Notes under the pieces: generated by a model
What the model was told of the DNA's origin: nothing
What the model saw: only the letters and a program-made list of their open reading frames with translations
The model's database searches: none
Program-made: the position numbers and the translations under genes
Source: Paraglomus brasilianum
Lineage: Eukaryota
Direction of reading: 5' to 3'
Length of the DNA: 64,000 nucleotides
Assembly (NCBI GenBank): GCA_910592345.1
Contig: CAJVPI010000031.1
Span: forward strand, 1 to 64,000
Part shown: one piece after another, positions 1-13,109 of the stretch
How the letters are laid out: each line of letters opens with the position of its first letter
Position numbering within the stretch: the stretch's first letter is position 1

Positions 1-178
1 ATCCGATTTATTGAGAATAAATTAGTATACATTGAATTTATGAACTGGCCAATGATAAGCGACAACCTCCCAAAACCAATATTTGTATCAACATCGGTTT
101 TACGCGGAAAACCGATACCTCGCAAAACCGATAGGAAAAGGTGAGGACAGCCACATCGGGGTTTTCGAGGTTTGACTG
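1..178. mobile_element. Right end of a pogo/Tigger-type DNA transposon (rest lies outside the window)
   Basis: Ends ...GTTTTCGAGGTTTGACTG followed by TA (179-180); reverse complement CAGTCAAACCTCGAAAAC resembles a pogo-type TIR; subterminal AAAACCGATA repeats. Partner TIR not in window. Confidence 0.5.
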
Positions 179-864
179 TACCAGAATGTGATGAATATAA
201 ACCATAATGTGAGTAATATAGGCCTACCCCTATATTAATATAAAAATAATAGTATATATGAAACCAATTTACATTAAAATACATACTACTGGAATAAAAA
301 ATTAAATAACCAGTTGTTGAAAGTTGTTGTGTTTGCTGGTGATTGGTATTCTAGTTAATTATAATTAAAAGAAAAAAGAGATAATTGTACTTGGCTTGGA
401 ACAAGTCAGGCATGTTGCAGCAAAAGGAGATAGAGTAAATGATGAAACCTTTCTTTCATTAATAGTAATAGTTGCTTAGTTTTCAATTCACTTCGAATAT
501 TATTATGACAACAAACAAATCCTTGTATGATTTCACAAGGTTTGCATATGTTAGAGTTGAGGTCTAGATGCTATTCAGAAAGTGAGCAGTTAGCAGTGAT
601 GAGGATCAAGGAAGATGAGTAACAACCATCTAACATTGATGGAAAATTCAGTTATAATATACTCCCCTTCTAACAGCTGCCTTCCTAGTTGCCCATTGCT
701 ATTCATTAGACTTCTGTTTGAATGGTCCCAGTAACTGGTTTGTGGTGATGTGGAAATGGTTTCAAGGGCTGGAAATATGGGAATGAATTGAACTGGCTGG
801 ATAGCAGGTTAGTCTTGTTGTAGTAATAATCGGTAACCTTGCAATATAGTTTCAATTCTATTGC

Positions 865-1095
865 CGCCACTTGGCCGCACAAACAGATTGAAAACTATCT
901 TAGGAATCAGCTCGCCACTTGGCCGCAGCGTCATCCCGGCCTTACCTGTAGTTGACCTTACCACAAAGAGACCATCCGCCACTTGGCCGACAATGGCATT
1001 TGACATGTAAGGTGCGCCAGAGGAACCATACCGCCACTTGGCCGCATATGATTCATGAACGCGCAGCTCGCGGCTTCCATCGCCACTTGGCCGCA
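865..1095. repeat. Five interspersed copies of CGCCACTTGGCCG(CA) separated by unique spacers
   Basis: Copies start at 865, 913, 977, 1032 and 1081; the 13-bp core is identical in all five. Confidence 0.9.
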
Positions 1096-1246
1096 GGAAG
1101 TGACGGAGCTGAGACGCCCGAAGGTCGTCGAACGTCAGAAAAAAAAATTTTCACCGCACCATTTTCATACGTTCCTGTGTAACATAAATTTGCGCCATTC
1201 GACCCAACGCGACTACTCTTGATATAGCCCCATTATATAATTGAAG

Positions 1247-1274
1247 GTGGGCCCTTATTCACGAAAGGATACGG
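1247..1274. mobile_element. Right TIR of a CCGTA-type (pogo/Tc2-like) element interrupting the Sola-like transposase
   Basis: ...GGGCCCTTATTCACGAAAGGATACGG then TA; the minus-strand transposase homology stops at this TA (...KGEKHLKI). Confidence 0.45.
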
Positions 1275-1276
1275 TA

Positions 1277-2365
1277 ATCTTTAAATGTTTTTCGCCTTTA
1301 TTCAATTATTTATTTCATCGAATACCATGCTCAGTGTGCCATTAGGACCTTTGCCGATAATTTGGTCTTCGTCGAGAACGTAATTAATTTGTTCGCATAC
1401 TGCTTCATCTTGAATACCAAATAAATGCACTTTACGTGGACTGAGATAATAAATCTTGCTTACCTGTTGGTCGGAATGGGGTATGTGAACATTTTGTGCT
1501 CAGTCATAACTGTAATGAGCTGTCGCGTCAACACTACAATAATCAGCTTTACCTCTTGTTATAAACAGCTCATTTACTAATTTTCTTTGTTCTTCTGCAA
1601 ATTTCGTATTTTTGTTGTAATAATTCTCTCTAACTTAACTTTAACTAGATGTTCTTTGAATTTTTTCAATAAATCTTTCGCTTCTTCTTCCTTGCGAGCA
1701 TTGTATTGTAAGCAGTTCCGAAAATGTTGGCACGTGTCGCATAAATCCGTTCGTGGACCCATAATTTGAATATAAGGCGTTAATTGGTGTCATAACTTGC
1801 GGAATGCGTCATATTTTAACAATTTCAACGTGCTATCATTTTCAAGACCTGCAATAAAATCACGATAGACTGACTTGTAACTCGTTTCAGCTGGTAAAAG
1901 TGTAAGCGATTGGGTAATTCGATTGACGTTTCTACCAGGACTTGGCAATCCATTGGTTTCAGCATAGTTTTCGAGAAAATTCTTCACGGCGGTAGCAATG
2001 GTTATATCAATGGTTACTTTAGTTTTTTATCGCGGCATTCGTTTGATATTACCATGAACACGCGGTATTATACCATTCGTTGCCAGATGGTTTCTGACGT
2101 TTTCTCAATAACAAAAAGTTCTTTTCTTAGCACGCGTTTTCTTTTTAAGACGTCGGCTGGCAGTTATTTCTCCACCATTCATTGCTTTTAGCTGGGCCAT
2201 TAGAAATATATCTTGTTTGGGTCTGGAGAGAGCTTGAAGCGCTTCACGTAATTCGGCAAACTTTTCTCGCGGAATCATTTTTGAGCAACCGCAATTGCAA
2301 CCTATCTCCAAGAAACGCATGGCTTTTTCATATTCAGTCGAACCATTATAATTATAATTTTTCAT
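1277..2365 (-). pseudogene. Frameshifted Sola-like (DUF7869-type) DNA transposase
   Basis: Fragments in shifting frames: GCNCGCSKMIPREKFAELRE, GLPSPGR, PRTDLCDTCQHF, HYSYD*AQNVHIPHSDQQ, YYLSPRKVHLFGIQDEA, LDEDQIIGKGPNGTLSMVFD; multiple stops and frameshifts. Confidence 0.6.
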
Positions 2366-4052
2366 ATACGGGTAATCCTATATATAAATTTTATGGTTCA
2401 ATATTTTTACTAAATTTCTTTCGTCCGTTATTGTTTTACTATTTGTGATAAGCTATTTTCAAAAAACGGGGAAAAAAAGGCAACTATGTAAGGGTGTTCT
2501 TATACGCACTTACAATCAATATAATCACACGATTTATAATTTTTACGTACATATTTTATTGTTGTCTTTACTATGTACGCGTAAATTATAAGTGTCCTCG
2601 TTCGAGATGATAATTTATACAAAACAACATCATTAATTTCCTTATTATTATTGAGCAATGGCGTTTCTTACTTTATTCATTCATATTTATGACATGCTAA
2701 TTTTAATCATGGTACTCAAATACATTGTTAGCAGAAACTCACCTGATACATCAAAAGCAATAAATTGACAGCAAGTTTGTACCATTGCATCTGGAGAAGC
2801 AAAAAATCACGATTCACATGATAAAGAATTAAAAGAGTGTTGTAACTAGTCCATTTCCCTTCCCTTTTTCCTCTCATGCTGAATAGCTACTTAATGTCAA
2901 ACACCCTAATAACTGCGTCAATGTCTATTGTCATTTTATCCGTCCAATTGGAAACAATGATGTTGCGAAATCTATGCAAGTAGGGGAGCAGTTCATTATT
3001 CTTTACATACTTCAGTTGTTTACTAAAATTTCTATATACTGTGTAAACTTCATTGCTACAACCAAATCCATGCTTCCTAGACCTTTCTTCCATTTGAGCA
3101 CGGCATCACATGCTACATATATAATGTAAAAGAGAGATTCAATGTCATCATCAAGACTAAGATGCAGTAGTATCGGTGCAATTCATTTCTCTCTTTCTCT
3201 AAACTAATTGTTAAGGATTGTAAATTTTTAACTTCTTTATCAACTTTTATGTATCAATCAAGTGTATTGTGATGCATGTATATAAGACGAACAAAACTTT
3301 TTCTAAACTCTTTGTCTTCTAAATGCGGTAATGCATAAGGGCGAAGTCAAAAGTAATTTTTAACTGCTCTGCAAATTTTTGCAATTTCTATAATTGGTAT
3401 TTTAGTAAAACAACACTTCGATCAGGAATGAGAAAGTGTATGTCCAGACATGAATGCAGACTCAATAATTTCAATGCAAAATCGTGTACGATTAGATTCG
3501 CACACATTGACAAAAAGCGACTTCATTTATAATCTAAACATATTACTAAAAGTTACATGTCGATATCGAGTAATAATTGTATGATTAGACCTATATCTAA
3601 CAAACAGATTGCGTTCGACAATAAATTGTGTTATGAGTTTGAAGTACAATAACCTAACACGCATCATAGATTCGCGTATTAGCAAAAAAAAGTTTGCAGC
3701 AGGTTATAAATCGTATGATGATAAACTGTATGTTCGAGATGTAATATTCAACACACATTATAGCTTGCAATCTTATACCCTCTTTATTTTTCAGATTACA
3801 ACTAAATTGCATGAGAAAAAAAAGTCCACTCACACACTCTTAATTCATGTAAATGTCTTATTAATAGATGTTACTGAAAGAACGCAATCCTGTCCGATTT
3901 AGAATTCATAAAGGACACCTATTTGCTATTACCCATGCAACAAATCATGACAATATTATGGTGCGGGACTTATTTGTCCGGTTTTAGCTCGAATAGTTTG
4001 GTGCATATTAGGTATGCTTTACCTCCTTTCGCATCTTCAAAATACTTATATT

Positions 4053-4289
4053 CTATCTGAAAATTTGCTCCACCATATACAAGTCATGTGATTTGCAAAT
4101 TGGACTATCGGCCTTAGCTTGCTCGTGTCGAGGAATATCCGGATTCATCGTCAAAGGATAACGGGCCACGCCGTCTTCGCCGGCCCAATCCCAGTTTACG
4201 AAAATGACATCAGTCGAATTGTCCATGCAGCGGTATAGGATATTTACGTCGCGCAGGTCGCCATGCACAAACCCTTCGTTGTCTCTCAT
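4053..4289 (-). pseudogene. C-terminal fragment of a fungal-type/APH-like protein kinase
   Basis: VHGDLRDVNIL catalytic loop, WDWAG at the DFDWAG position, RYP...HD C-terminal motif; no N-lobe found upstream. Confidence 0.6.
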
Positions 4290-4779
4290 TTATAGAATGT
4301 TCACTTTGTCTGGTTTTGTTGCAGCATGCCCCATATAGTAATGCTATCCTCCTTATGGAAGAATTAGTCAAAATACCTAACTTCGCCCAATTACACAAGT
4401 AAAACATTGCATGACCATTTGAAGATAAATTATGCTGCGAAGATAACACTATACTGAATGCCAAACATTAGGAGAGAGATGTCCTAATTACATTAGTGGG
4501 TCAATCCAAACTGATTGCTCTTTTTTTGTACTTCAGCTACAACATTTACAAACAATGATATGTGCTGAGGCACATCTTACTGTTTCATGAATATCTCTCA
4601 CACTTTTCAAGAGAAAGCAAGGTCATCACCCTTTAGAGTTAGAGTTAGATCTTTTCTATTTTGATGTCTGATGGTGATAGTTTTATAATTGTCTACAGAC
4701 AATGCATACCAAATGTTTGGCTTTGGGCATGTTGGTATTGTGCCAAAAGTTAATAATGGCCCAGTTTGTGAAAGAAACA

Positions 4780-5870
4780 CATGCATATTTGCCTCTATCA
4801 GAAAAATGACTGACATTATCTGTCATCCTCTGACCTTCTCACATAAGTTCCACTGCCCAACCTAAGTTACCATTAGCAAAAAAATCAAGAATCCAGCAGA
4901 GCCAAACACCTGTCTGACATCTGGACTGATTGTCACATTTGCTGGCACAGCAGCTGATACCACACCATTTTCCAGTCCCTTCCTAACAGGTGTGAATTTG
5001 TATAATTACCATGACTGAGTGAATTGGTAAAGACTGATGGACACATGCATTCAATTGTGGGGTATAGGAATTCAGGCATAGTAATAGTAATAAGTAAACT
5101 GTAACAATTTGTAGTATCATAATCATTGAGTAATAGTGAAGACAATACCACTTAGTATATTATTTATGTCGTAACATGTTTACACTTTATTTGCATCATT
5201 ATTTAGTTATTATGTAGTCATAATTATATGTATTAGTATATTTTATATCATATATTCATCATAGTTATATACAGATATCATTGTGGAATATTAATATGTA
5301 TTATAAAAGAACATTATCTTGCTTAATAAAGGATGACTTTTAGCTGAACATCTAATAAACCATCCACTGACTTTGAGATTACTAACATTATTTCAAAGTC
5401 TTTTACATAAACCCATAATAATACATACAAGGGGAGCAGCAAACTGCCATTGACTTGGATCCCCTGTTTCAGTAATCAGCCCTGACCATTTGAGCTTTCT
5501 CGAGATATTTGCCTGGACAGGATCATGCTGATCCACAGAAAAGGTTGACTTGATATCAATTTCATAGAATGCCTTCTGCAGGAATCTAATTGTCTCATCA
5601 TAATCATCTGGGTGCCAGCCAGACAGCTCACCTGAACCTTGGATTGACCAGTAGCTTGAAGAGACTAGATTACAAAGCAGTTGAGATTCTTCAACATGAC
5701 CACAATGGCATTCATACTGTAGGAGTGATAATGTACTAGTACAACAGACAAGGTCAGGGTGCCTATGCCCATGAGTTGAATTAAAAATGGCATCTAATCC
5801 TGGATGGTTTTTTCTTTTATAGTAACAGGGCGGGAAGCTGAGGACTGTTTTCAAGATTGCAGTGATCACC
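4780..5870 (-). pseudogene. Decayed Crinkler-like protein with C-terminal restriction-endonuclease-like domain
   Basis: Minus-strand translation gives WQFAAPL, PEFL...CMCPS, RDWKMVWYQ, ISPDVRQVFGSAGF/LDFFANGNLGWAVELM*EG, matching the SPDVG..FG..G..DF...W..EL.REG pattern of Crinkler C-terminal REases; stops and frameshifts. Confidence 0.55.
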
Positions 5871-6999
5871 AGTGATCACCAGTAATTTCCCTTGTTACTG
5901 GGCACAGCTTTTATATGTTACATAAGTATACATAATAAAAAGACAGTTAAAGCCCCAAAGAATAAAAAAGTAGAAGCTGTGATGCTATGCTATAAACAGT
6001 GATGTATTCTCTCCTAAATTTCTGCATTACAGTAACACCAGCACATGGTACAAGTATGCAGTACAAACATTATGGGAGTACAAACAGCACTGTAGCAGTG
6101 CTGCAGATGATTAGAAATAGCTGCTAAAAATAGATCAGTTAGATTCAAAAGACATATAAGTAGCATAGATTTCAGTTAAATAGACAGTAAGTCAATAAGT
6201 GCATGTTTAGAATGTTCTAATTACTCTCAATTCCTTTATTGTAAATAATGAGTAGTAAATAAATGAGTAGTTCTTTATACTCTGAAATATATTGTTAATG
6301 ATTCATTCCCTGGTAACTTATCAGTATAGCTGAGAAACTGCTAATCCCTATATCGATGAAGAATAATCGCCTCTTGTCCTGCAATTATTCGAGCGGCAAA
6401 TTATGATAATTAATTGTTATGTAGATGCGCATTATTATAATTAAAATACTATTGTACCCCAATGGTAGACTAAGAATTAATCCCATCTTAGGAGCCAACA
6501 GAGTTACTCGAGTACAATCAATATATCCAGGATTAGCATCACTCTACGACAGGAAGGTTTTCGTAAGTGCAAAGCCTTGATTGGACAAGGTCACTAACTG
6601 TAACCCGAGATTTACCTAGAGAAGGAAACTCCATGCTCTGCTGAAACTAGCTAAATTCCTAGTGTTGATTATTACCTGCTCTCTCGTGATAATCAGCACG
6701 ACAAAACACAGGTCTTTAGATTAGCTTTTCTGACTTGCAATCTCTTACATAGTCACTGAACATTTCACAAAATTTGATAGGGAAGTGAAATTTTGTCAAC
6801 CAGATGATAGTCTCCATTGTTTTCCAGAAATGTTACACCAAGCTATTATATATTCCATAACTGGAAAAAATAAGCACAAGTGCATTTACACATGGAATTG
6901 GAAGTGTGACACATCCTACTTGTAATTGCTTGTGCTTGTCTTGGATTTTTAAGAGTCACTAGTGGATTGCCTGGTCAACCCAAATTATTCCTCAGTTAT

Positions 7000-9138
7000 T
7001 TTCAAGCCCTCAAAATAGTGCTGAGAATATTCTGATCAAATGATGGTTTATCACCAGCCTCAAGAATTACGACATTTGGTTTTTCCACATTGCAGCTGAT
7101 TTTTAATGCCCTCTACAAACATCTCATGAATATTATGCAGATCGATATCTGCTGGACATGCAACCAAGTTTCTAAAAACGTCATTCACCCTTTGAAACCA
7201 GCCTTCACTTTGGGTGTTTTCTCCGAATAAATAATGCTCCATAGTAAGTCAAATTTTGTTGTCAGGGATCGAGTTTAATTCTTGCAGACCATACGCAGCG
7301 TCGCATGAAATGTTTTACGAGCTGCATCATATATATTACCATATTTATATGTCGTTTTTTCCAAGTCAATATTGTCAATTACACACACGTTCCAGATGAA
7401 CGGATTAGTTTGAAGTCGCTCAACAGGAACTGTAACTTGCATGCGCTATTTTTGTAACCGACGTTCGTGAATACTGGTGTGTGATATAGCATTCACTGCT
7501 CTGAGAAATGTCTGTAATAATGGTAATAATTTTGGTTTTTGGCAAACCCGATGCCAAAGTACGTGTGATCCAGACTTTCGTATTTTTGAATGCTGTCGAC
7601 AAAATTATTGAAGACAAGAACAGAGTTATCATCATAATTTTGTTCTCACTACTGGATTTCGATTTACTTTTTCGATTATTGGCTCGCCGTTCCTTATACA
7701 GTGTAGAAATAATTCCGTAAAATAAATTTATCAGAATCTGAGGAAACGCATTTTTATAATTATCTAATGAATTGGGCATTTCTAAAATGTCTTTGTTTTT
7801 TTTTTTTACTTGGTCACATGAAGCCATATGCTTTTGGCTACATTTTCTCCCAATTTACGAGTGTTTGATGTTGTTATTATTATCTGAGCGCTCTCTGGGA
7901 GCATATTGTTCGTCTTTAGTATTGTCCTAATTATGGGTGGGCATAAAGTTGCAGGCTTAGTGGTGATTTTACATTTATATTTAGTTTGTCATTGAATGTT
8001 TATGTTAGCTTATTATCTATTATACTAAAATACAGAATGTTGACCGAAACATCTAAGCCACGCGGATATGAAGTGTCGATAACAACAGGCATGGAAATTG
8101 CTTATAACGTTATTAGTCTTCTATACAAGACTCTGTTGTTCTCCACACATTCTATTTAGCATGTTGTTGCTATGCGAATAGCATATAACGTTGAGCATTT
8201 TAGAAACATTAGTGTATGTATTACGATGTTTTTAACTTGAGCTGTCACAGTTGTAATGCCAACGCATGCATCGCATCCAAATAGAAATTGCTACCAAATG
8301 TGTGATCTCTGTTCAGCAATATTTTGATATGGTATAAAAACACAAACCCAGCATTCTTTAGAACCAGAACTTTTATAAATACCCACATGAAGGGAGTGAC
8401 ACCCTCAGTTTTAGATACCGCTCCTTTTACATTGAAAAATTTTATACCTATCCGCCATGTTTGTAGTATGGTCTCGGCAAATATATGGAGTGGCGTGACA
8501 AATAACTGCCAGTTTTCAATGCCCACAACAGTAATCAAAATGAGGCTGTGAGGTTGCTGCGACTGCAAACCAAAAATAATGTATTGTAACGTCAAATCAT
8601 TTAAGATTATTGTTATAACATCTATTACTCTTAACATAATGCCAACACTTAAGCTTAGTGCATATTATATACTTCTTGTAACAGCACCGCATATTTTCGT
8701 TCCATTGTATACGATCATAATCATTTGAATGCATCAATGCAACTTCGATTCGGAGAATTAATCGTTTTGGTATTTTAATGAACACAATAGACATACAATG
8801 TCTAATACTTTATGCATATCCTTTAGCATTTTTTCTATGAAAAATATGTAACTGAAAGACTAATAACAAAGTGATGGCGAAAAATATTTTTATTAAAAAA
8901 GTATTGATTTTACAAGAAGCCCGACAACGCCGCAAAGAAGTGGGTGATCTGGGCCTTTATGGGCACAGATTTTTCGACAAGGTTATCTGGCGTGCAGAGG
9001 AGGACTGTTGCATGGTGCCTCCCTTCTTCTGAATAGTCCAGAGCCACTATCACCGCCACTGCGTTTTTTGAGGCAAGCATGGTGGTGCCTATAAGAGCTC
9101 TTATGGGCTCGGGGCCTATTATTAAAGAAAAACTACTA
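7000..9138 (-). mobile_element. Degenerate Academ/DUF6589-like DNA transposon, 5' part
   Basis: Fragmented ORF (LSSIILSTAF..KVWITRTLAS, WNVCVIDNIDLEK..YGNIYDAARKTFHATLRMV); putative terminus reads TAGTAG on the minus strand at 9138, with a GC-rich subterminal region containing palindrome ATAAGAGCTCTTAT. Confidence 0.4.
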
Positions 9139-9723
9139 TGTCAAGTTATGTTATCATTATGACAATGTAAATGTCGAAGTCAACATAAGAAAATATGTCT
9201 TTTTTATTGGAGGAAGATTTGATGATCGACATAGATTTTTCTACTTTGGATGTTGATCTATGATTGTTTACATTCGCGAGGTGTTCGTTGATCATAGATT
9301 TGGCCAATAATATTTGGTATTTGTATGTCACATGAACATGAATAAAAAATTTTTAAATTGATCGTACTAGTACTCAGTCGGTTTACGTTATGAAACGAGC
9401 TATTATTAGGAGTCTTTGGGGAGAGGGTTTCTGGGCTCATAGGTTGAGGTAAGCAATACATTTCTTACTGAGTATTTGTTGAGTAGTCAGTAGTGTATCC
9501 AAAGGTATGTATCTGAAGTTACGCTGCCACTAGGTGTAAATCAGAGTTTTTGGAAGCACAAGGGTGAAATTATATCGAAGCTCTATTACTGAAAGCCGTA
9601 GGATACATTGACTATTGAATTGAAAGCGCACTGTGGCCACAGTTGCCAGTCAGGTACCCAGCCCTGGAACGCTCTTCATTGGTTATCATTATGATATAAT
9701 TACTCATATAGTTATTTTATTAG

Positions 9724-10018
9724 CTCGGATCCAAGAGATGGCGGTGATGAGGGAGTTGATATTATGACAACATTGTATTTGTTATACAGTGTAAGAATCA
9801 TTCCCAGTCAATTGGTAAGTAAATACTATGTTAATATCATAATAATGATGATAAATATAATGATTATCAATACTTTCTTAGGTCCTGATGTTCTTCGAGA
9901 TCTGGAGGGAGTTCTTACCAAATTCCCCAATTATTATGTTATTGGAGTTTTGGTAGCCCCCACATTTAGTGAAGGGAGGATGGATGATGAAGTTTTGTCA
10001 TCTATGAAGTTGATATGA
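9724..10018 (+). pseudogene. Mrr-like (PD-(D/E)xK) restriction-endonuclease-domain gene remnant with intron
   Basis: GGDEGVDI, then after a frameshift FVIQCKNHSQSI|GPDVLRDLEGVLTKF..IGVLVAP; a GTAAGT...TTCTAG intron splits the Gly codon. Confidence 0.6.
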
Positions 10019-10124
10019 TTTCAGACTTAGTTGACTATTGTCAACTATTTCTTTACTAATATGTCGTCCACCAGTTAAAAGAATGAACTAAAGCCGGTTA
10101 TCAACCTCAAGATTACGGATTTGC

Positions 10125-11210
10125 TATACAAACTCAAAATCATACTTAATATTCAAATTTTTGCACGCACATTGACAACAGGTATGCTTAATAAATTTAT
10201 AAGCATGGGATTTTTGGTTGCTGATTTAGGGATTCTAGTGATTTCGCGTTTTTGAAAAATCAAGCAGATCGTTATATGCAAACTCAAAATTCACTTAATA
10301 TTCCGTGTCAATTTGCGTAACTTGGTAGTTGTCGTCGTAGCAAGTTGTATTTCAAAGTATACAAGAAAACTCAGTGGTCTGTTAACAGAATAGTCACAGA
10401 TTTCGCATTTCCCTCTCGCTTTACCCATATACGTATATGTATGTATTATTTACGGAATCTTCTTTCCCTCGTCTCTCCAAAACGGGTGTTGTGATAAACA
10501 AAGTGGTAATTATTAAAAATGTTGTTTATGAATAGAATTCTGTTAATATTAGAATAGCCATATCAGCATCTAATTGCAACGGAAGAAACTATGTGCAATG
10601 TAGGAAGAAACTATATATAATACTATTATATTTTGCCAGGTGAAACTTTGTCAACAGATTCTTTTAAAACAAACACCTATTTCATTGCAAACGCAAAATT
10701 GTTCGAAAAAGCAAGTTTAGAGGTAAAATTTTTGTTATAACTGTCAGGTGTTTGATTGTGACATTCTATACCTGTGGGCTGGATGCAAATTCAATTTCGT
10801 CACGTTCTTCCTTACTGAAATGCTGGCAAATTACGTCATCATCACATCCAGAATGAATAAATGAATAGCACTAGTTTTCATATTCTTGCAATCAAAGTTT
10901 AAGATTCTCTATTCTCCTTCGATATTCTTCCTCCCTATATTTAGTAATAATATATAACGATTGACCTGATCGACATCGCGTTTTCGACACATCAAGCAGA
11001 TCGTTATGCAAACTCAAAATTCACTTAATATTCTGTGTCAAATTTTTGCACACACGTTGACAACAGTTATGATTAACATACATGTAAATTTTATAAGTAT
11101 AGGATTCTTGGTTGCTGATTTAGTAATGCTAGTGACGAAGATTGATTTCACGTTTTCGAAGAAAAGCAGATCGTTATATGCAAACTCAAAATTGTACTTA
11201 ATATCACGTA
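10125..11210. repeat. Two blocks (~10125-10315 and ~10975-11210) of a diverged ~150-170 bp repeat unit
   Basis: GCAGATCGTTAT(AT)GCAAACTCAAAATT..CTTAATAT at ~10264, ~10996 and ~11167 (partial at ~10130); TTGGTTGCTGATTTAG and TTGACAACAG shared between blocks. Confidence 0.8.
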
Positions 11211-11829
11211 TTGATCAAGCACCAAATTAAAGTTTATTCGTAAATTTTGTTATCGTTATTATTAAAGAGATAAATCTATAATTCTAGATTCGCCAATTAC
11301 TTAGTACAGAAATAATAATTAGGTTTAGTTAATAAGCAATATGACCCTACTAATCATAATAAATTACCGACCCGAAATTCGGTCTTCTGCTATATCATCG
11401 GTGCAACACACATTGAAGAAATGTTAGTATTAGACTGAGAAGTAATAGTCAAAGTCTCAGTACGAATAACAAATAATGATAGGATAATAATAATATGTCA
11501 ATTTATGAGTCACATACTCAACTATAATTTTACTGGCTGTCTATTTATCGATGTAAGAAGAGTTTTCATATTTTTTTTCTCATTCTTTTTTTGATTTTTG
11601 ATATTGGCTCTGTGATTGTTTTGTGATCGTCTACTTTAATTAATAATAATAATAAGTACATTAGATGAATAAACGATGTGACATTATTAAGATTATTTGC
11701 TATTTTACTTACACGTATAAGTCATATACCTCACTTCAAGCTCCGAGCCAACCAGTCGACTCCGTCCTGGCCTTAATTCAGCTTTCTCTTTCCCTAATAC
11801 TAGTTGCAACCTAAATTTGTAACTTTTGT

Positions 11830-12736
11830 TATAGCTACCCCAGTAGCTGCTCTTCCCGTTGGATCATCTGGTTCTGTGTGAATATTGCTTGCTTATAATA
11901 TTTTGTTAGACGCTGCACTCCACTTTGATAGCAATTAGATATACGATTATATCCAGTTTCAGAAAGTTGACTGCATCCTCTAAATATAAATAACCAATGC
12001 TCTGCTGGTGATGGAGAAATAATGCTTCCAGAATTTTTTCCGCAAGTCGATTAATAGCTTCAGATCGACTATTTTTAGCGTAACTTCCGCCTGTATTGGT
12101 GTAATCACCATTAAATATTGAGAACAAAATGTCTGTAATTGCTCTCTCAGACTGTACTTGTACTGCCTTTATCTGAAGCTTAAGGTCCTCATCACTAATA
12201 ACCTTTTTATATTTTGTTTAACATATTTAACTCCAAAAAATTCAAGTGCCTCATCAAAGGCGAAATAATGTCCTTCTCTAGTGAGATTTACAGAACAGAC
12301 AGTTTGTAAAAGTTGCTGGAGTTGAGGGAACTTAATATTAAGTCCGATTTTGAACAAATTTGTCATCGACTAACCAGCTCTTCAGACATAATATAGCTCG
12401 CGCAGTTTGCAGGTCAATTCTGTTTCTGACCTCACTAGCGGTATGCTTTGCCATTGAGCTCTGCCAACATCAACCTTTTTGTAAGAGATACTGGTGAATT
12501 GCAATACCAGTCGATGTCCAAATCATTTCCAAGACATTGCACGTTGACCGATATATTACACTCGTAGTTCTCATAATGGGTGCACAGATCTCAAATGGCA
12601 AGGAGAGATATTGCACAATATCTCTGCATTCACCGTTCGACAGTAAAACGAGTGTTGAAGATTTTTCATCATTGGAGAGTTGTGTGGACAGGTAAAGAGC
12701 AAGAAATGTGGCTTTTCCTTGTAATACAACCAACAT
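11830..12736 (-). pseudogene. Degenerate transposase-like C-terminal fragment (possibly same family as 7000-9138)
   Basis: YRSTCNVLEMIWTSTGIAIHQYL, SVNLTREGHYFAFDEALEFFGVKYVKQNI, SRSEAINRLAEKIL across three frames. Confidence 0.4.
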
Positions 12737-13109
12737 AAGGGTTAAATCTTATTGGTGCGGCTAGATTACAATCTGATTGGCGCGGCAGGACACAGGTGAT
12801 CTGTCTCACGAGATTTTGAAAACGGCAATAATGTAAATTAGTTTCAATAGTACAACTTTATTGCCGAACTGTAAATTAGTTTCATACTATATTTTTTATA
12901 TAGAGATAATCCTATATTAATCATGGTATAACTTCAAGTAAAAAGTTTTATGATTAGATTTAAAATTGCAATGAAAAATTAGTTTGCATGAGTCACTAAA
13001 CCAAAGCCTTCCCTTAATTCCAGCCACATCGGCCATTTTAGTTCACATATTCAAATGTTCACTTTGTCTTGTTGCAGTATGCTCATATATAACATTAAAT
13101 GATAATGTA

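Noticed and set aside
865..1095. Bona fide CRISPR array
   Set aside because: Repeats only 13-15 bp, uneven spacers, eukaryotic context, no cas genes; kept as a repeat and finding.
2887..3480. F-box/LRR-like gene
   Set aside because: Only stop-ridden coding-like fragments with no diagnostic motif.
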